In this document: positions 36,602-44,932 of the stretch, in pieces | How the letters are laid out: each line of letters opens with the position of its first letter | How positions within the stretch are numbered: position 1 is the first letter of the stretch | Sequence record: LR694611 | Strand: one strand, 5' to 3' | Origin: Escherichia phage rV5_ev158 | Length of the DNA: 64,000 nucleotides | Position numbers and translations under genes: made by a program | The notes under the pieces: generated by a model | What the model was told of the DNA's origin: nothing | The model's input: the letters and a program-made list of their open reading frames with translations, nothing else | Database searches by the model: none

Positions 36602-36952
36602 TTATTTTGCATTCTTGCCTGTATTGCCGCCACGGTACCAGCGTTTGCGGTGAAAATGGTAATAATCACCCTCGGCATTAAACATCAGATGATTTTCAAT
36701 AACCAGCTTACGAAGGTGGGCCGGATCTTGTTCCATTCTTGCCAGATTCCGGCGGCTGTTACGTAAGCGTATAAATTCCATATTCAGGCCGTTGATTGCA
36801 GCATGGATGTTAAAGTAACCACCTTTGAGACGTTCACGCATGGCGTTAAGCTCAACACAATATACAGATTTCTCACAAATCAAGGTATTAGCTAGGGCGC
36901 GGACCTGGGCAAGGGGGTTAAGCTCATTAAAGTAATATAGTTTGACTTTCAT
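36602..36952 (-). CDS. hypothetical protein
   Basis: 116 aa. Confidence 0.45.
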   Translation of the reverse strand: MKVKLYYFNELNPLAQVRALANTLICEKSVYCVELNAMRERLKGGYFNIHAAINGLNMEFIRLRNSRRNLARMEQDPAHLRKLVIENHLMFNAEGDYYHFHRKRWYRGGNTGKNAK

Positions 36953-36969
36953 AAAATCGCCTGCTGAAA

Positions 36970-37269
36970 TTAGTTTGAGAAAACATCGTTCACAATAGCG
37001 ATCACAATGCCGCCCACCTTGTCACGGTCAACAATGCACAAATCACCATAGATCATGTGGTAGTCTGGATGATCTTTCACAGAATAGTCAATAAGTGTTT
37101 TCTTGTCATCCAGCTTCGTAACTTCCATTCTCATAACGATATGAGAATCATCAAAGGCATTATTCCGAAAAGTCATAGCCTGACCGCCAGGGCACCCGGT
37201 GATCTCCACTTCCACACCATCTACGATCTGACCATCAAAGAAATAAAGATTATTAGCCTGGATAAACAT
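36970..37269 (-). CDS. hypothetical protein
   Basis: ATG 37269 with AAGGAG 8 nt upstream (listed GTG start 37278). Confidence 0.45.
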   Translation of the reverse strand: MFIQANNLYFFDGQIVDGVEVEITGCPGGQAMTFRNNAFDDSHIVMRMEVTKLDDKKTLIDYSVKDHPDYHMIYGDLCIVDRDKVGGIVIAIVNDVFSN

Positions 37270-37315
37270 GTCTATCACTCCTTGTTAACTGCGTGGTATT
37301 TTAACAGGGTTTAAA

Positions 37316-37359
37316 TTTACTTTATTGATGGCCCTGGAGTCAAGGCCATCTAAAAATAA
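37316..37359 (-). promoter_or_regulatory. conserved 44 bp promoter/operator-like element, copy 1
   Basis: TTTACTTTATTGATGGCCCTGGAGTCAAGGCCATCTAAAAATAA; on minus strand TTGACT -35 lies in the loop of palindrome GATGGCC...GGCCATC; about 47 nt upstream of the next minus-strand gene. Confidence 0.5.
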
Positions 37360-37362
37360 ATT

Positions 37363-37563
37363 TTACAGGCCTACAATCTCTTTGATTCGTTTAACCGCTG
37401 CCTCAGCGCCTTGGGGGTAAAAATTATGGTAACCAATCACGCGAGTGATACTAATCGCCGTTTGATGATCTTCATAGTCGCCCTTGAAGATTTCTTGACC
37501 GTCAATCAGCACGGCAATTTTTTCTTCTTTTTTGAAGTTAATAACGCGGATATTGTTGCTCAT
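37363..37563 (-). CDS. hypothetical protein
   Basis: 66 aa. Confidence 0.4.
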   Translation of the reverse strand: MSNNIRVINFKKEEKIAVLIDGQEIFKGDYEDHQTAISITRVIGYHNFYPQGAEAAVKRIKEIVGL

Positions 37564-37702
37564 TTTGTTTCTCCTTTCTGGTTTTTGTGGTGGTGGGGAT
37601 TAGCTCCCCGTTGATTGTTATTATCCACATTCCGGACCGGATTGCAACACCACGGAAGAAAAATTTTTTAAAAAGATAGGCCCCCATGATCGGGGGCCGT
37701 TC

Positions 37703-37822
37703 CTAGTTACTTACAGCGATAAAGTACATCCCTACGCCTAGCAATATTTCAAGGGCGATAATCTCAAGCCATACCATAACGCGGCGCACCTTATCGGTGC
37801 ATGGCTTATCCTTGGTTGTCAT
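37703..37822 (-). CDS. small membrane peptide, 39 aa
   Basis: GGAGGAAAGGGGGAG upstream of ATG; hydrophobic C-terminus; below ORF-track cutoff. Confidence 0.35.
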   Translation of the reverse strand: MTTKDKPCTDKVRRVMVWLEIIALEILLGVGMYFIAVSN

Positions 37823-37991
37823 CGTCTCCCCCTTTCCTCCGGGTAGTAGTGACGCGATCTACAATGGCCCCCAGGAGTCCTATCACGACACACACCACAA
37901 GAAAAATTATCTCCGCTGTTGTTCGATCCATTGTTATAAAATTCCTCAAGATCAGGCCTGAAAATAAAGCGTTCGTTATTGAATCCGTCAC
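37806..37991 (-). CDS. small membrane peptide
   Basis: Listed GTG start 37991; internal ATG 37931 would give a 41 aa TM peptide; translationally coupled to the 37703-37822 ORF. Confidence 0.3.
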   Translation of the reverse strand: MTDSITNALFSGLILRNFITMDRTTAEIIFLVVCVVIGLLGAIVDRVTTTRRKGGDDDNQG

Positions 37992-38041
37992 GCCAGGCGG
38001 CTGGCTTCAAATCTTCACTAAAGGGATTAATTAACGTGGCA

Positions 38042-38413
38042 TTATTTAAACGGTTGGCCCACATATTTTCTATTCCTCTCAAATAGGCGATCCGCCTCAG
38101 TTAAACATATCTCATGGGCTTGATCTCTGGTTTTAGCCTCATCAAAAACCTGTTGTGCCAGGCTGCAGCGTAGGGAGACTGGAAGATCACTATAATAGGC
38201 GTTGACAAACGTTTGAGCGTCGTACAGGTCTGAAAATACTTTACCCTTTCTATTATTCCCCTTGTCAACAATTGCAAGGATAACCAATACAATAGTTGCA
38301 ACCACCCCCAGGAAAATAGATATAATAAACCATAAAAAGGCGGATCTGCCCATCTTGCCAGCGATCCAGGCGTTAAACAAGGAAACCAATACAGCCAAAA
38401 TAATAAATTCCAT
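38042..38413 (-). CDS. membrane protein (two predicted TM segments)
   Basis: MEFIILAVLVSLFNAWIAG and FLWFIISIFLGVVATIVLVILAIV; listed start 38446. Confidence 0.45.
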   Translation of the reverse strand: MEFIILAVLVSLFNAWIAGKMGRSAFLWFIISIFLGVVATIVLVILAIVDKGNNRKGKVFSDLYDAQTFVNAYYSDLPVSLRCSLAQQVFDEAKTRDQAHEICLTEADRLFERNRKYVGQPFK

Positions 38414-38477
38414 TCTATGTACCTCTTTTGCAGTTCTGTTTAACAATAAGGCGGCAAATATGCCGCCTGTTACCTGA

Positions 38478-38858
38478 TTAAAAATTATCGCCGTAAATCT
38501 TTCCGCTTTCTGCCCATACCACCACGCGGGGCATACTATCCCACACGTCTTGTTTTAGATTGAGCGCGTGCAATTCTTCGGTGGTGCCCATACCAGGCAC
38601 GGGCTGATTGTATACTGCAAAACGACCACCTGCATAATCGTAGGCCAGAGTTAAATCACACTGGATCATCTTTTTGATCATGGCGTTGAGCATAGCGTTA
38701 GCCGCATACTGGTCACGTTTTAAAGGCAACTCTTTGATTAGTTTGCGATAGTTTTCAATGTGATCGCACACTGTTTCACGTGGAAGATCTTTCATGTCCT
38801 CGCGAAAGGTAACCAGGTTAAACATAACGGTGTCAATAGCTTTAGTAGTGTTTTTCAT
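38478..38858 (-). CDS. hypothetical protein
   Basis: 126 aa; upstream TTGCAA/TATATT promoter-like sequence and leader hairpin GGGGCAAGACGTTTGCCCC. Confidence 0.5.
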   Translation of the reverse strand: MKNTTKAIDTVMFNLVTFREDMKDLPRETVCDHIENYRKLIKELPLKRDQYAANAMLNAMIKKMIQCDLTLAYDYAGGRFAVYNQPVPGMGTTEELHALNLKQDVWDSMPRVVVWAESGKIYGDNF

Positions 38859-38947
38859 AATGTTTACCTCTTTGTTTTGTGTGGGGGCAAACGTCTTGCC
38901 CCTTGAGTTTTAATATAGCAGGTTTTTAGGTTATTGCAACACTTTAT

Positions 38948-39571
38948 TTATGAAAAAGTCATCTCGCCATATTCATCCACATCAAACCGCCAATCATTGG
39001 CCTCGATAAGGCCGATCAGGTTTTCGGTGGTGAATTGTTCAAGATAGGCTTGCTCCAGGTCTACGTAAACCTTGCGGGATAACTCCCGTACCGTCTCGGT
39101 GATCAGCTCTTCCAGCTCTTCAACTTTATCCTCTTGCTTGGTGGTCAGGTCTAGCCAATTGGTATCGATGCACCCGCCTATTGTGTTTTCGTGATGATAA
39201 TGGCTAAACGGGATACGTTCAACGCTGGCTGACAGTTCGCCATCATGCATTGTGCCGAACAAGTGTCTAATTAAGCGGAATTTTGTAAGCGCTTTAACCT
39301 TACGCAAGAATTTTTCTAAGTTTACATTTTCAGCACTAATTGATGCGCCGTCGCCTTGACACCAAAAGCCGGACCAATGTACTTCGGTATCTTCAAGGCC
39401 GTACTCTGGAAAAACATATTCTTTATAGTATTCAATTACACTTTCTGCGAAAAAATCCTCTCCGCTGTGTTCTTCTCTTTCGCGGACCATTTCAATAGCC
39501 TTTTCTTTTTGTTCGTCGGTCAGCACGTCGAAAGATAAATTGCAACCTGTGGTAATGTTAACGGTGGTCAT
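38948..39571 (-). CDS. hypothetical protein
   Basis: 207 aa; preceded by promoter and leader hairpin. Confidence 0.5.
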   Translation of the reverse strand: MTTVNITTGCNLSFDVLTDEQKEKAIEMVREREEHSGEDFFAESVIEYYKEYVFPEYGLEDTEVHWSGFWCQGDGASISAENVNLEKFLRKVKALTKFRLIRHLFGTMHDGELSASVERIPFSHYHHENTIGGCIDTNWLDLTTKQEDKVEELEELITETVRELSRKVYVDLEQAYLEQFTTENLIGLIEANDWRFDVDEYGEMTFS

Positions 39572-39628
39572 GATATTTTCTCCTGTTTTCTTTGTTAGTG
39601 GCGGGAAGTTTTCCCGCCTGTGTTTTTA

Positions 39629-39656
39629 ATTATACTTATTGAGATTTACTTGTCAA
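39629..39656 (-). promoter_or_regulatory. sigma70-like promoter TTGACA-16-TATAAT with leader hairpin
   Basis: Minus-strand -35 at 39651-39656, -10 at 39629-34; leader hairpin GGCGGGAAAACTTCCCGCC (39600-39618) before the RBS. Confidence 0.55.
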
Positions 39657-39906
39657 CACTATTTTTTAAATTATTGTGGCGCAAAATGTTTAAAATCTCC
39701 TCAACGTCATCAACACGGCGGCAATTTTTAAACGCTACCAATTGCCCCATGATTTTAATCACTGGGCGGCCTTGCCAGTGCCCCTGGAGAAAGCGCGCCT
39801 TGACTTTATCGGTGGAACTATCACGCCACCAAATGGCCTTGTTGTTGCAGTAGTAAAAATTATTCAGGACAACATCAACTTTATCAAAATTTTTTAATTT
39901 ACGCAT
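39646..39906 (-). CDS. hypothetical protein
   Basis: 86 aa. Confidence 0.45.
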   Translation of the reverse strand: MRKLKNFDKVDVVLNNFYYCNNKAIWWRDSSTDKVKARFLQGHWQGRPVIKIMGQLVAFKNCRRVDDVEEILNILRHNNLKNSVDK

Positions 39907-40110
39907 GGCGTTTACTCCTTTCTCTCTTTGATGTGGTTAGTATAGCTAACCTGTTTAAGATGTCAAGCTTTAAATAAAATCACTGTCAATGATATTTTTA
40001 ACGCCATAAAACGGCCCTAAGCGATGTTTTCAGGTTAAAGGGGGGCGATTGCATAGGTGGGGCCTTTTTGGCGCTTACAGGGCCAACCAGGGGCGCTATT
40101 CGTAGGATAG

Positions 40111-40139
40111 AAATAAAAAGCCCCGCACAATGGCGGGGC
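40111..40139 (-). terminator. Rho-independent terminator
   Basis: GCCCCGC...GCGGGGC hairpin; minus-strand T-run after it. Confidence 0.6.
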
Positions 40140-40147
40140 GTTGGTTG

Positions 40148-40369
40148 TTATTTGTCTTTATGGCGGTATCGTTCTGCCTGTCGTTCACGTTCCAAAAGTA
40201 GGCCAGGCAATTTACGATCATAATGATTTCGCCAGATCTTTCCAAATCTTTTTGGCTTATTCAGTTTATTGTTACGCTGGCGTCGTTCCGGCAGCTCTTC
40301 GGAATCATGAGATCGCTTTACAATCTTCTCAAAATTAATCTTCATATATTCCCCCCTTGCTAACTTCAA
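40148..40369 (-). CDS. hypothetical basic protein
   Basis: Arg/Lys-rich; alternative ATG start at 40345. Confidence 0.4.
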   Translation of the reverse strand: MKLARGEYMKINFEKIVKRSHDSEELPERRQRNNKLNKPKRFGKIWRNHYDRKLPGLLLERERQAERYRHKDK

Positions 40370-40706
40370 TATTGGCCTGAATAGCCCGGATACGCCGTTT
40401 TATAACCTCCTGATCCTTGCAATCATATCCCCAAAAGTCTACGATTTTTGCGCCTCCAGCCTTTAGGCGGTATAGTGTTTCTTGCATCTTGTAGGCCGGG
40501 ATCGGTCGCGGTGTTACCTGGTCGCCCTTCTCATTCTTGTACTTGATAATGTAGTCTTCATTGTCGTTGAATATCCAAAATGGGTATTCTGTGAGCGCGT
40601 TGCTCTCTTTTTCGTTTTTAGATTGGATCTTGTTTACAATTAAAGCCGTAGCAATAGCGCCAATAATAAAACTTGCCCCACTGATCATGTTACTTTCTCC
40701 TTTCAT
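40335..40706 (-). CDS. hypothetical protein with N-terminal TM segment
   Basis: ISGASFIIGAIATALIV. Confidence 0.45.
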   Translation of the reverse strand: MKGESNMISGASFIIGAIATALIVNKIQSKNEKESNALTEYPFWIFNDNEDYIIKYKNEKGDQVTPRPIPAYKMQETLYRLKAGGAKIVDFWGYDCKDQEVIKRRIRAIQANIEVSKGGIYED

Positions 40707-40764
40707 TGTATTGATAAACTATCTTTATAGATGGCCCTGCTACCAGGACCACCGAAAAAACAGT

Positions 40765-41010
40765 TTATTTGACGATACCGACAAAACAGATCCCGCCTTC
40801 CCCTATATAGGCAATATCGGTAATTTTATAATTTGTCAAGATCCGCGTGTTCAGCTCATTAATAAAATCTGTCATCGCGTTGGTGTAGTTGTCTTCCGTG
40901 TCTAAGGCATAATCCCAGGTGTAAACCTTTTTACGTCCGAAGCCTTTTACCATGATACGGGCGCTTTTGGTGTTGGTAGGGGCATAATATTTGGTGATTA
41001 GTGCTGCCAT
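40765..41010 (-). CDS. hypothetical protein
   Basis: 81 aa; preceded by conserved 44 bp element copy 2. Confidence 0.45.
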   Translation of the reverse strand: MAALITKYYAPTNTKSARIMVKGFGRKKVYTWDYALDTEDNYTNAMTDFINELNTRILTNYKITDIAYIGEGGICFVGIVK

Positions 41011-41053
41011 GGTTTTAACTCCTATGCATTAGTTCAGTGTTAACAGTATAAAG

Positions 41054-41097
41054 TTTACTTTATTGATGGCCCTGGAGTCAAGGCCATCTAAAAATAA
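41054..41097 (-). promoter_or_regulatory. conserved 44 bp promoter/operator-like element, copy 2
   Basis: Near-identical to copy 1; about 44 nt upstream of gene start 41010. Confidence 0.5.
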
Positions 41098-41099
41098 TC

Positions 41100-41441
41100 T
41101 TACTCGTTTTCTTCCAGCTCCGCAAGCTCTTCTTTTGCTTCTTCTAACTCTGTCTGTAATTCCTGGTATTCTTCATCGTCCTCAATATCCAGGCTGTCGA
41201 TGTAGTCGCTAAATCCGCAGCGGTAAGCGATAGGATCTAGCTCCTTGAGGATACGCGACGGAAGAAAAGAAATGTTTCCGATCATGATTTCGCCGTAGAT
41301 CTCGTCTAACCATTCATCATAGTTTTCGTCGTACTTGTCCTCGTCGATTTCAAAGGTATCGATCTTGTTCTCAAGGTCTGCGATCTGTTTTTTCAGTGCG
41401 GCAACCTGAATAGCTTTTTCTGCGGCGGTCATAGTAGTCAT
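41100..41441 (-). CDS. highly acidic coiled-coil protein
   Basis: 113 aa, Asp/Glu-rich. Confidence 0.5.
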   Translation of the reverse strand: MTTMTAAEKAIQVAALKKQIADLENKIDTFEIDEDKYDENYDEWLDEIYGEIMIGNISFLPSRILKELDPIAYRCGFSDYIDSLDIEDDEEYQELQTELEEAKEELAELEENE

Positions 41442-41492
41442 GGTGTTTTCTCCTTTTGTGTGTTCTGGGAAGTTTTCCCGTTTACGGGTTTA

Positions 41493-41520
41493 AGTATACC
41501 GATCTAAGTTAGCTTGTCAA
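41493..41520 (-). promoter_or_regulatory. sigma70-like promoter TTGACA-16-TATACT with leader hairpins
   Basis: Leader contains GGGAAGTTTTCCC / CCCGTTTACGGG hairpins (41467-41488). Confidence 0.5.
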
Positions 41521-41640
41521 TTAAAAATTTAAGAAAAATTTTGCAAAACTGTTAGCGCTACTCATTAACATTTGCGCCAGGATGTAACCGACAACGCAGA
41601 CGATAATAGTTACCTTTGTGTATTGGCGTGTAGTGCCCAT
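41521..41640 (-). CDS. small membrane peptide, 39 aa
   Basis: AAGGGGG upstream of ATG; TM-like VTIIVCVVGYILAQMLM; lies just downstream of element copy 3. Confidence 0.3.
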   Translation of the reverse strand: MGTTRQYTKVTIIVCVVGYILAQMLMSSANSFAKFFLNF

Positions 41641-41674
41641 CTTAAAGCCCCCTTTTTCGCTTAACTGAGATTAG

Positions 41675-41718
41675 TTTACTTTATCGATGGCCCTGGAGTC
41701 AAGGCCATCTAAAAATAA
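41675..41718 (-). promoter_or_regulatory. conserved 44 bp promoter/operator-like element, copy 3
   Basis: Same sequence with one substitution (ATCGATGG). Confidence 0.5.
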
Positions 41719-41720
41719 AC

Positions 41721-42125
41721 TCAATAAGTTTTTAGTACTTTCCCGTCCAACCTGTCTAGCTGGATCTCAATGGCTGCAGAAAACCTATTATAAACCACGT
41801 CGCCCATGGAATCCAACCAGTCTATGACGTTATACACTTGCTCTTTGTTCTTGCAGGTCCGGATCCGTTTCATGATGTAAGCCGGATCAATATTGGTACT
41901 CTCGTTGGTGTTCCCCTGTACCTGGTTTGCCGTATTAGCCACATCTTTAATGGCCTTTACCACCACCTGGAAGGGCTTTAAGGTGCCTTTTGCGTTCATC
42001 TCACGCGCTTTTGCGGCGCGGTTGTTATAGGTTACACAACGGCGGCAAATGTTCACTAAGTGCATGTCAATAATTTTTTCATCGTTTGCCAGTTCGTTCA
42101 TGATGCGGCGTACGTTCTTATTCAT
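41721..42125 (-). CDS. hypothetical protein
   Basis: 134 aa. Confidence 0.5.
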   Translation of the reverse strand: MNKNVRRIMNELANDEKIIDMHLVNICRRCVTYNNRAAKAREMNAKGTLKPFQVVVKAIKDVANTANQVQGNTNESTNIDPAYIMKRIRTCKNKEQVYNVIDWLDSMGDVVYNRFSAAIEIQLDRLDGKVLKTY

Positions 42126-42173
42126 GATCTTTTTCCTTTGTGCTGGCGGGAAACATTCCCGCCTTTTGTGTCT

Positions 42174-42201
42174 AGTTTACTTAAATTTTGCAGCGTGTCA
42201 A
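42174..42201 (-). promoter_or_regulatory. sigma70-like promoter TTGACA-16-TAAACT with leader hairpin
   Basis: Leader hairpin GGCGGGAAACATTCCCGCC (42145-42163). Confidence 0.5.
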
Positions 42202-42207
42202 TGATTT

Positions 42208-42606
42208 TTATTCGTGGGCGCATGTCACAATGTGCTTTTTATAGCCCAGGTGGTCAGCAAGTGCCGACAAAAACTCTTCTTCGTAGATCCAGCCGTCGGC
42301 AGTGATCCCCATAGCATTTAATGCACTCTCAAGTGCTGCGTTAGCTTTATCGTAACCGTGACCGCTCGCCTTGCCGCCAGTATAACCGTACTTATTGTTC
42401 TTGTTGTCGTGAATCCAAAACACGCAGTAGTGAGTGTTACCACTGGCGGCGGCATAATACCGGATCTCAGCTACTTCGTGCAAATTATTGTCATCATCCA
42501 GGCCCACCAGATTATAAGCCTTGTAAAATCCACGATCACGGCGGCAGTTCTTGACATCAGAAAAAGAAAAGTCCGCATTATCAAAATTAAAGGTAGTGGT
42601 TTTCAT
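42208..42606 (-). CDS. hypothetical protein
   Basis: 132 aa. Confidence 0.5.
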   Translation of the reverse strand: MKTTTFNFDNADFSFSDVKNCRRDRGFYKAYNLVGLDDDNNLHEVAEIRYYAAASGNTHYCVFWIHDNKNNKYGYTGGKASGHGYDKANAALESALNAMGITADGWIYEEEFLSALADHLGYKKHIVTCAHE

Positions 42607-42669
42607 GATTTTATCCTCTTAGTGTCTTTTGCGATTTCAGTGTATTTTGTGTCAGACCATATGTCAACA

Positions 42670-42867
42670 TTATTTTTTATTAAACCAGTGGTTGATCTGA
42701 CCTTTTGTCAGGGCGCAACGGTTAAGCTGTTGCAGGGTATAGCTATGACCGCGACGAAATTTATAAAGGCCTTGCCCGTTGTTGATGGTTACATCCACCC
42801 GGCAAATCACTTGATTGGTGACCACCTGGCGAGTGTTGCGACGTACTTTAATTCCGTAGGCGTTCAT
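42670..42867 (-). CDS. hypothetical basic protein
   Basis: 65 aa. Confidence 0.4.
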   Translation of the reverse strand: MNAYGIKVRRNTRQVVTNQVICRVDVTINNGQGLYKFRRGHSYTLQQLNRCALTKGQINHWFNKK

Positions 42868-42962
42868 GATTTTTTATCCTCTCTGTTAATTGGTGTGGTG
42901 TTGTTCACCTTGCGAGGATAAGAATAACAAGAACTGTCCGAGCTGTCAACCATTAGTTAAAA

Positions 42963-43130
42963 TTATTTTTTTGGGTAGAATTCTCCAGCCGCCGCCCCTG
43001 CCAGGTTAACCATCATTTTTTCGTACTCTTCTTTATGTTCCAACGCTCCCGCCATAGCCTTTTCAACCAGGGCGATAGCCTCAGCGTCATTAATAGCTAC
43101 ATTTTCCAGGGGGATCATATTACCTTCCAT
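42963..43130 (-). CDS. small protein, 55 aa
   Basis: AGAGGAGGT 7 nt upstream of ATG 43130; below ORF-track cutoff. Confidence 0.4.
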   Translation of the reverse strand: MEGNMIPLENVAINDAEAIALVEKAMAGALEHKEEYEKMMVNLAGAAAGEFYPKK

Positions 43131-43673
43131 TTTTGTACCTCCTCTTCAATTGTTACCTATCCTATAGCATAGGCCCACCAGGTTTGCAAGCCTTCATTCT
43201 CTCCTACCTGGTCAGTTAGGCCCTGCCAGGCTGGCCCCGCCAGGTTGCAGCGGTCAGCGCATCAGGTTAGAATTTTTTTTTTTGAAAAGTGTTGACAGCG
43301 GCCCCGCCAGGTGGCAAAATATACCTATCGAAAGGACGGCAGGCACCGGTGACGGGGGAGACAACCACCGGGGATGGGCGCTGCATGAAATGAGAACGAT
43401 TATCATTATCGTCTAAAAATTTATGCAAAAACTTCTTGCTTTCTTTGTCCTGTGTGTTACTATAATAACAAGCCGGGGCAGTAGGGGCCGGGAGACAATC
43501 ACCGGGCCTGCCCGTTATTCTGCAAACGAGAATGATTATCATTCAAAATTCTAAATGAGAACTCCTCGCATTTAATAAATTTAATTAGCACGCTAATTAC
43601 CCTACGTAACAATTTCCTATAAAATAGTATCCACTAAAATATTCCCATATAGAAATTTTAAAAATCCATTTCT

Positions 43674-43836
43674 GAAAACGAAAAATCGATTTCGTCCCCA
43701 AAAATTTCAGGTCGAGAGCCGGAACGATTTCCGGAAAATCCGATTCAGAAAACGAAAAACAGATCGAGTACTGAGAAATTTATCGAGAAAAATTTTCAGA
43801 AAATTCAATCTTTGAAACGAAAAACAGATCGAGTAC
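43674..43836. repeat. direct repeats GAAAACGAAAAACAGATCGAGTAC (two near-exact copies plus one degenerate)
   Basis: Copies start near 43674 (degenerate), 43747 and 43813; period about 66-73 bp; no convincing ORF. Confidence 0.55.
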
Positions 43837-44147
43837 TTGGAAAGCTGCGCCACAACTTCAAGGTAGTGGTTGGATTATTACTATAAAAGGTCAAGGGTAA
43901 GTGGGGGAAGTTCTAGTAGAAGGGTGTGAGCATGTGCGGGAAATCTGTAATGGTGGTCTGGAATATGGTGCAGACGATAGGATGAGTGGTTCATCTCGTC
44001 GTGCCTGCTCTGAAAAATCCATTTTAGTTTTCGATCCATTTTCTGATTTTCTAAGGATTTTAAAATATCCTGGTAGGTAAAATATCAAAAGGAGGAAATC
44101 CATTTTAGAAATCCTCCTGATCTCTGGCAACCTGATAACTTAAAATA

Positions 44148-44480
44148 TCAGGCTCCCAGTGTGTTCTTTCCTTTATACAACCGTAAGGGTATAGTTTTTG
44201 TAACAGTCCATCTCCCCAGCCCTTCCCAGTTCCAGTTGTAGGCATGGTACCCGGTTACGCATGCACTGCTGGAGTGATCATAGGCATAAGAGAACGCTAT
44301 ACGCACCAAATGAAACCAGTCTTTCCACGGTTGTGGTCCGTAAGCTTTTCTCCAACACCGACACAAGCTAAATGTCTCAAGAATAGGCAGGATAACAAAT
44401 CCATACACCGCCACCAGAATAGCCAACGCAATGATTGTCAGGAATACATACCCTGCAGTTGAAACGATGATCTCTGTCAT
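44148..44480 (-). CDS. membrane protein
   Basis: N-terminal TM VFLTIIALAILVAVYGFVILPIL. Confidence 0.5.
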   Translation of the reverse strand: MTEIIVSTAGYVFLTIIALAILVAVYGFVILPILETFSLCRCWRKAYGPQPWKDWFHLVRIAFSYAYDHSSSACVTGYHAYNWNWEGLGRWTVTKTIPLRLYKGKNTLGA

Positions 44481-44680
44481 TTGTCGTCCCCTTTCTTATG
44501 GATATAGATGTGAGAGCCTGCCTGTATATAAATTTCTCGACCATCTTCTGCAAAGATATGAAATACACGATCACCTTCATACTCGATACGTGATATCTTC
44601 ATAATGGTCTTTCCACCTGGGATGCGGATCTCGTCCCCCACAGCGATGTTCCATGCAGATTTAAGCTTAAACATCTGCAC
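44477..44680 (-). CDS. hypothetical protein
   Basis: 67 aa. Confidence 0.4.
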   Translation of the reverse strand: MQMFKLKSAWNIAVGDEIRIPGGKTIMKISRIEYEGDRVFHIFAEDGREIYIQAGSHIYIHKKGDDK

Positions 44681-44912
44681 CCTCCTTTGGGAGCTCTAAC
44701 TCTGGCATAGCCATATACGCCACAACAGGGTTGTAATCAAAGTAGAAATGACCGTTAATTATCCCAGTTTTGTGCACATGGTCACCAGATCCTGCAAGAA
44801 CAATCTCGCAAGCTCCGAAATCAACCTTGCCATTCTCATCTGCCATGGCTACAATATACTTTCCTAGAGGCATGTTTTCAACGCCGTCTACAAATGTCCA
44901 CCCTTTGTTCAT
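44667..44912 (-). CDS. hypothetical protein
   Basis: 81 aa. Confidence 0.45.
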   Translation of the reverse strand: MNKGWTFVDGVENMPLGKYIVAMADENGKVDFGACEIVLAGSGDHVHKTGIINGHFYFDYNPVVAYMAMPELELPKEGADV

Positions 44913-44932
44913 ACTTTATCTCCTGCACTTTC

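Noticed and set aside
37819-38082. Minus-strand ORF of 87 aa (Asn-rich)
   Set aside because: No ribosome-binding site; overlaps better-supported small membrane-peptide ORFs in another frame.
43674-43836. Possible CRISPR mini-array (24-26 bp repeats with ~45 bp spacers)
   Set aside because: Only two good copies and one degenerate copy, no repeat palindromicity typical of CRISPR, no cas genes nearby; iterons or operators are more plausible.
43267-44130. Minus-strand ORFs 43267-43542 and 43891-44130
   Set aside because: Low-complexity translations across repeat DNA, no ribosome-binding sites, one translated from the repeat motif; treated as non-coding.
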